A stretch of 64,000 bases of DNA, taken from contig NZ_MWQY01000021.1 in the NCBI RefSeq assembly GCF_002087085.1, forward strand, positions 1 to 64,000, read 5' to 3'. Every line of letters begins with the position of its first letter. Position 1 is the stretch's first letter. The notes beneath the pieces are model-generated. The model did no database searches. It was not told where the DNA came from and saw nothing but the letters and a program-made list of their open reading frames with translations. Position numbers and translations under genes: made by a program. Positions 29,767 through 38,874 of this stretch are shown here, piece after piece.

Positions 29767-30474
29767 TTATAATTCAAAAACAACTCCGGTTCTGATTGTC
29801 ACACTAAAATCCATCTTGTCAGTCATTACCGGCTCGCCACCGATATAGAATGTCCGGCCTTGGGGGCTCTTTTTCATTGCTGTCAGGTTGCCGCCGTATT
29901 TGAGAAGCGTTTCTCTTTCCGGAGCGATCTCACGCCCCTCCTCGGTTTCAAGACCGGTTAACTGGATGGTGTAATTATAATTCCGGTAGCCACCAAAGAT
30001 ACCGAAACGCAGGTGAAAAGAGTCACTGAGGGCAAAGTCTCTGAGTAGTTGAAGCTGGATATTATAGCCATGACCTTCGGTTTGCAGGTCATTATCCTCG
30101 AAGTAACTGCTATCAAGAATCGAATAGCCATAGCTTCCTGACAATTCCAGGGAGACCGGGGAGAAGTTCTCCTGTTTTACAAGTACAATCCCGTAGAAAA
30201 TCCCGATGTTGGTTTCGGTTGAGGATTGGGACTCGATCTCATCCATATTGACAGAGAATACCGCGCCCACATCGAGGACTCCGCCGATTGAATACCCAAG
30301 ACGACCTCCAACATCTTTAAGGCTTCCGTCGTCGTTCAATGAAGATTCAATGTTAAACAGAGCTGCGTTGATCCCGCTACGGGTATAACTGCTCTGAGCA
30401 CAGACCGGAACGCTTATTCCCAGAAGCAGTAAAATAAGGAGCCATATTCTTTTGTGAGCAGTTTTTTTATACAT
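29767..30474 (-). CDS. Outer-membrane beta-barrel protein
   Basis: Signal peptide (...VCA-QS), amphipathic strands, C-terminal strand TGVVFEL. Confidence 0.6.
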   Translation of the reverse strand: MYKKTAHKRIWLLILLLLGISVPVCAQSSYTRSGINAALFNIESSLNDDGSLKDVGGRLGYSIGGVLDVGAVFSVNMDEIESQSSTETNIGIFYGIVLVKQENFSPVSLELSGSYGYSILDSSYFEDNDLQTEGHGYNIQLQLLRDFALSDSFHLRFGIFGGYRNYNYTIQLTGLETEEGREIAPERETLLKYGGNLTAMKKSPQGRTFYIGGEPVMTDKMDFSVTIRTGVVFEL

Positions 30475-30490
30475 TGAACCCTTTCCTTTT

Positions 30491-31489
30491 TTACAGCACG
30501 TTTTCAACAAGCTGCGGAGCCATATGCAGGTAGGAAGTTGTCCTCCGCTTCTGTTCTATATCCGCGTAGACCCGTTCCAGCTGTTCGAGATTTATGCCGG
30601 CGGCGGAAGCAACCTGTTCCCGGGGAATACCCTTGTTTTTTCCGTACAGGCACAGATCCATCTTTTTGTAGGAGAGGGAAAAATAGAACTCCTCCTGGGA
30701 CTGGGGCAGGGAGTACGTATCCGTTGTAGGCGGTCTGCTGCGGATCTTCTCCGGTACACCGAGGTACTCCGCAAGCTGATACACCTGACTCTTGTACAGG
30801 TGGGCTATGGGTTTTATATCCGCCGCTCCGTCGCCAAGCTTGACGAAAAATCCCTGGTCGTATTCCAGGCGGTTCGGGGTGCCCGTAACCGCATAATTCA
30901 GCCGGTCCGCATGATAGTACTCGAACATCTTGCGCACCCGCTGTTTAAAGTTTGTTGCCGCCACAATCTCCAGGTAGGACTTATGGTCCAGACGCTTTTT
31001 TATTTCCCTGCCCTCCGGCGAAACAGCTACAAGGGAAAACAAACGTAACTGGCCGCTTTCCAGAACTCCGGGAAGTACAATCTTTGCCCGCCATCCCGGT
31101 CCATATTCCGGAATAAGTCTGCGGTAGGCCGCCTCTTGTCGGGCATAGCACCCCAAGGCAGTAAGAACTTCGGTTATATCCTGGTGCCCCGCCTCTATGC
31201 CGAAGTGCCCTGCTACCAGTCCGCTTAATTCCAGGGTATCCTCCGAGGAGTGTTGCTCCGGCATCTGCAGGCCGAAGACCTTATCCGGCCCCAGGGCCCT
31301 GACGCACAATGCTGCGACTGTGCTGCTGTCTATGCCGCCGGAAAGGGCTACCACTACACCCTGACGCTTCATTTTTAAGGCGATGGTCTCCTGAATCCAT
31401 CGACAGATACGTTCAACCTCAGCTGACGCATCAATCTCCAGGCTCTTCAGATTAAACACAGACTCAACTGTTCGCACCGGCCTCTCCAT
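30491..31489 (-). CDS. nadE: NH3-dependent NAD+ synthetase-like enzyme (NadE paralog)
   Basis: LSGGIDS, NFKQRVR, GTPNRLE, GFFVKLGDG, PIAHLYKSQV. Confidence 0.75.
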   Translation of the reverse strand: MERPVRTVESVFNLKSLEIDASAEVERICRWIQETIALKMKRQGVVVALSGGIDSSTVAALCVRALGPDKVFGLQMPEQHSSEDTLELSGLVAGHFGIEAGHQDITEVLTALGCYARQEAAYRRLIPEYGPGWRAKIVLPGVLESGQLRLFSLVAVSPEGREIKKRLDHKSYLEIVAATNFKQRVRKMFEYYHADRLNYAVTGTPNRLEYDQGFFVKLGDGAADIKPIAHLYKSQVYQLAEYLGVPEKIRSRPPTTDTYSLPQSQEEFYFSLSYKKMDLCLYGKNKGIPREQVASAAGINLEQLERVYADIEQKRRTTSYLHMAPQLVENVL

Positions 31490-31754
31490 TCAGCTTTCTC
31501 CGTACAAAGGCGTCCACCGCGTTTACCGAATCCAGGTTTTCCGGGACCAGCTCATCGTCTTCTATGCTTATTGCATAGGTATCTTCCAGGTAACCTATCA
31601 GTTCAAGGATTCCGGTTGAGTCAATTATTCCTCTTTCAAGGAAGGAGTCATTGTTATCAAAATTCAAACCATCCTGACCAAACATGAAATTGGTGACAAT
31701 GAACTCCTTAAGAGCATTTTTTACCTCATTAGATTTAACCACGATATCAGACAT
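31464..31754 (-). CDS. Acyl carrier protein
   Basis: GIIDSTGILEL (phosphopantetheine Ser), ENLDSV. Confidence 0.9.
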   Translation of the reverse strand: MSDIVVKSNEVKNALKEFIVTNFMFGQDGLNFDNNDSFLERGIIDSTGILELIGYLEDTYAISIEDDELVPENLDSVNAVDAFVRRKLNGEAGANS

Positions 31755-31779
31755 TTACTATCTCCCTCTATTTATTAAT

Positions 31780-32928
31780 TTATTCATACACCTTTTGTTC
31801 ACCAAAAAAACGGCGGGCCACACTTTCACCGACCATTGCAATAACCGCCGGCAGGGTAAGAAGAATGATTTTCAGATCCAGTGCCAGGGTCATTTTCCGG
31901 GAATAGGCAATATCCAGAGCAATCATCTCACGGAAGGTCAGCTTGTTCTTGCCGCTCACCTGCCACAGCCCGGTCAAACCGGGAACGATATTAAAGCGGT
32001 GGGCGTGCCAGCGAAGATAACTTTCCGCTTCGTAGGGAATGCAGGGCCGGGGACCTACAAGACTCATCTGGCCCCGTAAAATGTTTATCAGCTGGGGCAG
32101 TTCATCTATACAGGCCTTCCGCAGTATCCGGCCGCCGGGAATTATTCTCGGGTCCTGTGCATCCAGCTTTTCCATAGGTACGTCACTCTGGGTTATAAAG
32201 TTTGTAGCGTGCTGGGAGTGAATACCCTGATCGTTATTGACATGCATGGTCCGGAATTTAAGAAAGGTAAAATTCTGCCCCTTGTACCCTACCCGCACGG
32301 ACTTATAGAAAACCGGTCCCGGGGAAACTATTTTTATATAAAGCGCAACAAGAGCAAGCAGAGGTGCAAGAACAACGAGACCAAAGAGGGACCCGAATAT
32401 ATCCAGCAGACGCTTCCAGGCCGGCATGTTTCTGCTCAACCTTTTAATCAAGCGAGTGTCGATTCGGAGCTTGTTATTTTTATAGATCCCGGTCTCGTCG
32501 GCATTGTTGCCGCTCTCGTTATGGTGTTTCTCATCGGGATATCGGAATACCGCCAATGTATAGTGCGGGTAGGTGCCGTTCTGATATCTGGAATCCAGAA
32601 TACTCTTAACTTTATTTGCAAACAGATTTGCCCCTTCGATTTCCGTTGCGGTCAGCAGAACACAGAGGCTTGTTTCATCGTACCAGCCAAGGTGATCAAT
32701 AAGGCGGGTGCAGTTTTTCAACACCTCAATTAGACTTTTTATCTTATCCGCACCCCCTTTTTCTTCCGGGGTTAAAAGTAGCCCGGAAAAACAGCCGCCC
32801 TCCCGGTCTACCCTGCTGCGTTCATATTGCAGTATCCGGTCCATGGCGTCTTGAGAATAGATTCCATATTTTCCCAGGTCTTTGGTTAACGACGGACTCC
32901 ATAAGGTTCCCACTTTTACTCTTCTCAT
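31780..32928 (-). CDS. Priming sugar (phosphoglycosyl) transferase with a degenerate GGDEF-like N-terminal domain
   Basis: KRLLDI, KFRTM, DPRI, DELPQLINIL, SLVGPRP, PGLTGLWQVSG. Confidence 0.9.
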   Translation of the reverse strand: MRRVKVGTLWSPSLTKDLGKYGIYSQDAMDRILQYERSRVDREGGCFSGLLLTPEEKGGADKIKSLIEVLKNCTRLIDHLGWYDETSLCVLLTATEIEGANLFANKVKSILDSRYQNGTYPHYTLAVFRYPDEKHHNESGNNADETGIYKNNKLRIDTRLIKRLSRNMPAWKRLLDIFGSLFGLVVLAPLLALVALYIKIVSPGPVFYKSVRVGYKGQNFTFLKFRTMHVNNDQGIHSQHATNFITQSDVPMEKLDAQDPRIIPGGRILRKACIDELPQLINILRGQMSLVGPRPCIPYEAESYLRWHAHRFNIVPGLTGLWQVSGKNKLTFREMIALDIAYSRKMTLALDLKIILLTLPAVIAMVGESVARRFFGEQKVYE

Positions 32929-32943
32929 ACTAATGCCCCCCTT

Positions 32944-33312
32944 TCAGGCATCTTCTTTTAAATCCTCTGCCGGGGGAGTGTCGATGTCTCCCATGCTCGG
33001 CAGAATGGTATAGCGCTTGTCGAAACTGATTCCAACGCCCCCCTGCTCAATCCTGATGACTTCTCCTCTTACCTTTACACAAACTTGTTCGTGAAGCTTG
33101 AAAAACTCCTGAAGTTTGTTAATGGAGAGGTAAAGTTCGATCTCCACCCGGCGTCCCAGCTCAAGGGGTTGCTTCATCTTCAGGAAAGTACCTTGAGATG
33201 AGACGTCCCGAGTGTAGGCTTGAAACCCCTTTAAACCACGATGACTGTTAGCAACCTTCACCACGGCAGGAACGACAAGATCGTATCTCGTCATACCACG
33301 TTTTTCTTCCAT
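32944..33312 (-). CDS. PilZ-domain protein (c-di-GMP receptor)
   Basis: RxxxR (RGMTR) and DxSxxG (DVSSQG). Confidence 0.85.
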   Translation of the reverse strand: MEEKRGMTRYDLVVPAVVKVANSHRGLKGFQAYTRDVSSQGTFLKMKQPLELGRRVEIELYLSINKLQEFFKLHEQVCVKVRGEVIRIEQGGVGISFDKRYTILPSMGDIDTPPAEDLKEDA

Positions 33313-33463
33313 AACTTTCTTCCGTGGAATAAGTGTACGCCTCTGATAAGAGAGATGTAAATAATGCGGACTCATGATTTTTTGAAGAAAAAAAAGCTGC
33401 TTTATTTAAATATCAGGTACTAGTCTTTTTACAGAGAGGTAACAATTGCGCACTAGTCATGTT

Positions 33464-34132
33464 TTATAAATTTCGTGCCGCCCAAAGAGCGGCCTGAAGT
33501 CGGTTGGAGACCTGTATCTTTTTATAGATATTGTACATGTGGGTTTTAACAGTGTTTACGCTTATGCATAATCTGTCGCCGATCTCTTCGTTACCGACGC
33601 CGGCACTCATAAGAGAGAGAATCTGCTGTTCCCGCTGGGTCAACTGAACAGCCTGGCCTGCATCTTTCTTGTGCCCCTCGACATGGTTCATTATATACCG
33701 CAGCAGTATCTGACGGCTGATCCATACCTCTCCCTCAAAGATTGCATTTACCCCTTTAAGAAAGAGCTCCATACTGTCGTCGGTGTAAAAAAATCCCCGT
33801 ACTCTTTTGGTTAGGGCCTTTACCTCGGATTCAGAATAGTCTGAAAGATTATAAAACGCTATCAGATGGTTATTTAGCTGCGGATTGTCAATTACACTTC
33901 GTGTCACAGTCTCGATGTCTGCGTCCTTACAATCGATAAGAAACAGAAAGCTGCTCTCCCCGGAGGAAAGAGTATCCGGGTTGAACCTGGAGCCCTCAGG
34001 GAAATTATTCAGGGAATGACTGTAGATCGTGCAGTCGACATCCAGCTCTTTTTTTATGGAATACACCAACATCTGGTTACTGAGATTGTCGGCACTCATT
34101 AAAACAATCTGTCGGCCGCTCGGACTATCCAT
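33464..34132 (-). CDS. LuxR-family regulator, CsgD/VpsT-like
   Basis: Atypical REC-like N-terminus, GEVWISR, C-terminal HTH LTQREQQIL...ISVNTVKTHMYNIYKKI. Confidence 0.85.
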   Translation of the reverse strand: MDSPSGRQIVLMSADNLSNQMLVYSIKKELDVDCTIYSHSLNNFPEGSRFNPDTLSSGESSFLFLIDCKDADIETVTRSVIDNPQLNNHLIAFYNLSDYSESEVKALTKRVRGFFYTDDSMELFLKGVNAIFEGEVWISRQILLRYIMNHVEGHKKDAGQAVQLTQREQQILSLMSAGVGNEEIGDRLCISVNTVKTHMYNIYKKIQVSNRLQAALWAARNL

Positions 34133-34391
34133 GCTGAAACACCTTATTAAAAAGCAACATTGTTAATACGCAATACCCTTGTATAGTAATGATAATATAC
34201 GCAATATAAATAGTAAAGAGCACTAATAGCTTTGAATTACTATTTCCAGAATTGTGCTCAACTTGTCCTAGACCTGGTGAAAGGAAAATAGCACTAACGA
34301 TAGTATCGCCCGGAAAACTCTCGCAAAAGGCACATCCTATGATATAGTTTTGAATGTATATGAAAGTGAAGATAGAAATTGGAAAAAGCCG

Positions 34392-34601
34392 ATGGATACA
34401 ACAGCTGTAGAAAAGATAATCTCGGAACTCAGGGAAATGCAGAAAAGCCGGGGCTGTCCCGAAATCGATCTTCTGGAAACCGCCATGTTTCTGGAGGACG
34501 TCTTCGGAATACGCCTCGACGAATCGGAGATAGACGAATCCGTCCTTGGTCCCCCTGCAGATCTGACCGCATTTGTATCCTATAAACTGGGGGACTCCTG
34601 A
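34392..34601 (+). CDS. Small ACP-like protein lacking the canonical DS Ser
   Basis: IDLLETAMFLEDVFGIRLDESEI resembles ACP helix II-III; stop codon 1 nt before the asnB ATG. Confidence 0.55.
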   Translation: MDTTAVEKIISELREMQKSRGCPEIDLLETAMFLEDVFGIRLDESEIDESVLGPPADLTAFVSYKLGDS

Positions 34602-34602
34602 T

Positions 34603-36537
34603 ATGTGCGGAATCTGCGGTATCTTCGACACCTCCGGCAGCCCCGTCCGGCGGGAAACCCTGGATGCCATGACAGACTCCCTGCGTCACCGCGGACCGGA
34701 AGCCCGGGGAACCTGGCTTGAGCGGGGTATCGGACTCGGTCATGCCCGGCTCTCCATAATCGACCTTGCCACCGGCGACCAGCCCATGAGCAACGAGGAC
34801 GCTTCCCTGTGGATCAGCTTTAACGGCGAAGTCTTCAACTATCTGGAGCTGCGGGATGAGCTTATGGCCCGGGGACACATCTTCAAAACCACGAGCGATA
34901 CGGAGGTCATACTTCACGGCTATGAGGAGTACGGGACCGATTTTTTCCGCCGGATGAACGGTCAGTGGGCCTGTGCGCTCTGGAACACCGGCAGGAGGGA
35001 GCTCCTTCTCTGCCGGGACAGGGTGGGCATCGCCCCCCTTTTTTTTACCAGTGTCTCAAGCAAAGGAGGCAGACGCATCCTATTTGCTTCGGAACCGAAG
35101 GCCCTTTTCCGCGATCCCGGGGTTCCCAGAGAGCTCGATCCCCGGGGCCTGGCGGAAAGTTTTACCTTCTGGACCACCGTAGCGCCCCGGAGTGTTTTTA
35201 AAGGTATCCGGGATCTCCCGCCGGGCAGGTGGATACGCTTTACTGAAGGCTCCGAACAGGAGGGTTCGTACTGGGAGCTCAGGTACCCCCCCCGCTCCGC
35301 CGAAACAGCAGGAAGCGCCGCCGAACATGCCCGGCACCTGCGGGAGACCCTTGTGGAAGCGACCCGGCTGCGCTTTACCCGAAGCGATGTACCGGTGGCG
35401 GCTTACCTTTCCGGGGGAATCGACTCCTCCGTTACCACCGCCGTTATCAGGAATTTCACCGATACCAGGATCAAGACCTTTTCCCTGCGTTTTGCGGATA
35501 CCGAATTCGACGAGGGGGGCTACCAGGAGCAGATGGTTTCCCGCCTGGGCACCGATCACGAGACTCTGACAGTAACAAACCAGGACATCGGAGAGGTCTT
35601 TCCCGAGGTTGTGGCGCAGGCGGAAAAACCCCTCCTGCGGACGGCCCCGGCGCCCATGTTTCTGCTCTCCCGCTTTGTCCGGGACTCGGGCTACAAGGTC
35701 GTGGTTACCGGAGAGGGCTCGGACGAGATGCTCGGAGGCTACGACATCTTCCGGGAAGCCCTGGTTCGCGACTTTATCGCCAGGGCCCCGGAATCCGCCC
35801 TGCGCCCGGAGATTATCCGGCACCTCTATCCCTGGCTGCAGCGGAACCCGGCGTCGGCTCCGGCCTTCGCGAAGAGTTTTTTCAGCCAGTCTCTGGATCC
35901 GGCTGACGCTGCCCTCTCCCACAGGCCCCGCTGGCAGAGCGCCTCGGGGATCATGCGCCTTCTGCATCCGGATCTGCAGGACGAGGTCGCTCAATACCGG
36001 GTAGCGGATGTACTGCTTGAACGGATGCCCGCGGGGGCCGCCGGCTGGCACCCCCTCTCCCGTGCCCAGTGGCTCGAGATTACCACCCTGCTTGCAGGAT
36101 ACCTGCTTGCCTCCCAGGGAGACAGGATGCTGATGGCTCACGGCGTGGAGGGGCGTTTTCCCTTTCTCGATCCGGATCTTATCGATCTTGCAGCGGCCCT
36201 GCCCCCGCGCTACAAGATCATGGGCCTGGATGAGAAGTACCTGCTTAAATACGCCTTCGCAGATCTTGTACCGGAACAGATTCTCCGGCGACCCAAGCAG
36301 CCCTACCGGGCACCGGACGCCGGGAGTTTCTTCAGTCGGGAACCGGAATGGCTCAAGGAGATCACCGAGCCCCGGCAGGTGCGGAATTCCGGGGTCTTCA
36401 ATCCACAGGCGGTGGAAAACCTGATACAGAAGTGCCGCAGAAAGAAGGGTCAGGGAATGAGCAACTTTGACAATATGGCAGTTACCGCTGTGCTTTCTAC
36501 CCTTCTGCTTCAGAGGCAGACAGCAGGGTCTTCATAA
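34603..36537 (+). CDS. asnB: Glutamine-hydrolysing asparagine synthetase-family amidotransferase
   Basis: MCGICG (Cys2), HRGP, RLSIID, FNGEVFN, SDTEV, YLSGGIDSS, TGEGSDE, RFPFLD. Confidence 0.9.
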   Translation: MCGICGIFDTSGSPVRRETLDAMTDSLRHRGPEARGTWLERGIGLGHARLSIIDLATGDQPMSNEDASLWISFNGEVFNYLELRDELMARGHIFKTTSDTEVILHGYEEYGTDFFRRMNGQWACALWNTGRRELLLCRDRVGIAPLFFTSVSSKGGRRILFASEPKALFRDPGVPRELDPRGLAESFTFWTTVAPRSVFKGIRDLPPGRWIRFTEGSEQEGSYWELRYPPRSAETAGSAAEHARHLRETLVEATRLRFTRSDVPVAAYLSGGIDSSVTTAVIRNFTDTRIKTFSLRFADTEFDEGGYQEQMVSRLGTDHETLTVTNQDIGEVFPEVVAQAEKPLLRTAPAPMFLLSRFVRDSGYKVVVTGEGSDEMLGGYDIFREALVRDFIARAPESALRPEIIRHLYPWLQRNPASAPAFAKSFFSQSLDPADAALSHRPRWQSASGIMRLLHPDLQDEVAQYRVADVLLERMPAGAAGWHPLSRAQWLEITTLLAGYLLASQGDRMLMAHGVEGRFPFLDPDLIDLAAALPPRYKIMGLDEKYLLKYAFADLVPEQILRRPKQPYRAPDAGSFFSREPEWLKEITEPRQVRNSGVFNPQAVENLIQKCRRKKGQGMSNFDNMAVTAVLSTLLLQRQTAGSS

Positions 36538-38029
36538 TCTTTCCCGACTTGTTCTTCGGAAGCTCCTGTCTGAACTCAACCTGTTTCGGCAGCTTGAAGG
36601 CGCTCAAGTGAGGCTGTAAACGTTTGAGGACCTCCTGCTCATCGAGACCGGACGCGTCCTTCAGAACAATAAAGGCCTTTACCGCCTCTCCCAGTACCGG
36701 ATCGGGAATGCCGATTACCGCGGCCTCCACCACCTCGTCCATCTCCATGAGGCGCTCTTCTATCTCCTTGGCGCTGACCCGGAATCCCTTTACCTTGATG
36801 ATGTCCTTTTTACGCCCCACGATAAAGATATAGCCGTCATTGTCGGCCCTGCCCAGATCGCCGGTAAAGTAGAGACCGTTTTTCAGCACCTCCGCCGTCC
36901 CGTCGGGGTCCTTCCAGTAGCCCTTCATAATGTTCGATCCCCGGGCCACGATCTCCCCCTCCTCGCCAATGGGTAAAGGATTCCCCTCCTCATCGGCGAC
37001 AAAAAGATCCACGTTGGGCACCGGCGTACCGATGGAGCCTATCTTGGTCTCCAGCATGGAGGGATGCAGGTAGGAGAGCCGGGGAGCCGCCTCGGTTGCT
37101 CCGTACATGACCCAGAGTTCGGCGGGACTGACAGCCTCCTTGACCTCCTGTGCAAGGGAGACAGCCATGTGTCCCCCGGCCTGGGAAACATAGCGCAGGG
37201 ACGGGAAGCTCATCTTCTTCAGGGAGGAACGGCTCACAAGGATCGAGTAGGTCGAAGGAACCCCGGCAAAACCGGTCACCGAGGTCTTCTGCATGGTCTT
37301 CAGTATCGTATTGGGAAAGGTAAAGCGGTTGTCAATAACCAGAGAACCCCCGATCATGATATGGGACAGGAGAAGGGACTTTCCGTAGATATAGGTGAAG
37401 GGAAGAATCACCATCATCCTGTCTTCCGGCGTAAGGCCGAAATACTCGACGATGGAGCGCATGTTGCTTACCAGGTTCAGATGGGTCAGCATGACCCCCT
37501 TGGGGATGCCCGTACTGCCCGAGGTGTAGACAATCTCCGCCAGGTCCAGGTCGATGCCCCATACCCCCGGGGGATCCGCCGGCCCGGACTCCATTATGGA
37601 GTTCAGATACACTGCATCCGACCTGTCGGAATCCTCTGAATCGCCGTTCAGAATGATCCTCTTCAGCTGACCGAGCTTTTCCCGGACAGCCTCATAGAGG
37701 TGCAGACGGTTCCCGTCGATAAACAGAACCTCGGCGTCGGAATTGACAACCAGGTACTCCAGGTCCTCCGCCGTTATCTCCGTATTCAGGCCCACCACAA
37801 CTCCGCCGGCCTTGAGGATGCCGAAATAGGCGCAGACGAAGGCAAAAGAGTTCTCCAGAAGCAGTACCACCCGGTCTCCCCGCCTCAGATTCTCACTTAT
37901 CAGAAAGCGGGCGATCCGGTTCGCCCTTTCTTCTATTTCCCGGTAGCTCATCCAGTTTTCTTTAAACCAGAGGGCCTCCTTGTCGGGATACCGCCTGCAT
38001 GACTCTTCGAGTAATCTGTGTACCAGCAT
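36497..38029 (-). CDS. AMP-dependent acyl-CoA/acyl-ACP ligase (ANL superfamily)
   Basis: YTSGSTGIPKG, MYGATE, TGDLG, GRKKDIIK, PKNKSGK; 41-bp convergent overlap with asnB. Confidence 0.9.
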   Translation of the reverse strand: MLVHRLLEESCRRYPDKEALWFKENWMSYREIEERANRIARFLISENLRRGDRVVLLLENSFAFVCAYFGILKAGGVVVGLNTEITAEDLEYLVVNSDAEVLFIDGNRLHLYEAVREKLGQLKRIILNGDSEDSDRSDAVYLNSIMESGPADPPGVWGIDLDLAEIVYTSGSTGIPKGVMLTHLNLVSNMRSIVEYFGLTPEDRMMVILPFTYIYGKSLLLSHIMIGGSLVIDNRFTFPNTILKTMQKTSVTGFAGVPSTYSILVSRSSLKKMSFPSLRYVSQAGGHMAVSLAQEVKEAVSPAELWVMYGATEAAPRLSYLHPSMLETKIGSIGTPVPNVDLFVADEEGNPLPIGEEGEIVARGSNIMKGYWKDPDGTAEVLKNGLYFTGDLGRADNDGYIFIVGRKKDIIKVKGFRVSAKEIEERLMEMDEVVEAAVIGIPDPVLGEAVKAFIVLKDASGLDEQEVLKRLQPHLSAFKLPKQVEFRQELPKNKSGKIMKTLLSASEAEG

Positions 38030-38032
38030 GGT

Positions 38033-38431
38033 TTACCTCTTTACTTCAGATTTCTGCCCGGTCAGGGCCAGGGCGACGGCATAAGCATATTCACTGCAAT
38101 GGGATATGGAGAGCAGGATCTCCGGCACCTGGTCCGGCGGGTACCTTTTCAGTATGGCCGGCGATAGCCTCACCAGGGGGGCATGGTCCGGGCCTGAGAC
38201 GATCTCAATCTCCTTCCAGCTGAAGGGCCGGTCCCACTTCAGCCTCAGAGCCTTGAAAACCGCCTCCTTGGCCGCCCATCGGCCGGCGAAATGTACCGGC
38301 GGGTTGGCTTTTCCCAGACAATCCGATACTTCCGCAGGGGTAAAACAGCGTCTCATAAAGCGGTCACCCCCTCTGGTAAGCAGGGAGGCTATTCTCGGTA
38401 TTGAAACGATATCGTTGCCCAGGGCGGACAT
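38033..38431 (-). CDS. acpS: Holo-ACP synthase (AcpS-type phosphopantetheinyl transferase)
   Basis: LGNDIV, FTPAE, AGRWAAKEAVFKAL, LSISH. Confidence 0.9.
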   Translation of the reverse strand: MSALGNDIVSIPRIASLLTRGGDRFMRRCFTPAEVSDCLGKANPPVHFAGRWAAKEAVFKALRLKWDRPFSWKEIEIVSGPDHAPLVRLSPAILKRYPPDQVPEILLSISHCSEYAYAVALALTGQKSEVKR

Positions 38432-38874
38432 TCTCCGTTCCGTTAAAAAGGTATTCAGGGGCAGTTCAGGCAGATTCCTGCAGATCGGCATACTTTTATC
38501 CATCTGTCCTTTCCATGGCCAGTATAAAACGGAAAGCTCTGAATGTCGATCGAAGCCTGAAATTTTCCAAAAGACTAGAAGGCACTAGTACTTTTTTACT
38601 ATCTTTTGTTTAGGTATTTACCTGTTTTTTATTATATTTTTTACTTCGGGCCTGATTTTTTTTTATTACGCGCTATATTATTCCCTGAGCAGTTCAATTC
38701 ATAAAGTTCAACTTATTTAGTCATTAACTTAATTTTATAGATTAACTCCATAGTTGACGGCAGACAGTACCACCAATACTGTGCCCCGACGTTTCATCAG
38801 AGCTGGTAACTCTGATGCGCTTGAGGTGTGCCCGAGCTGTGGACCGGAGATTTTTTAATCGGGAGGGAATATCG

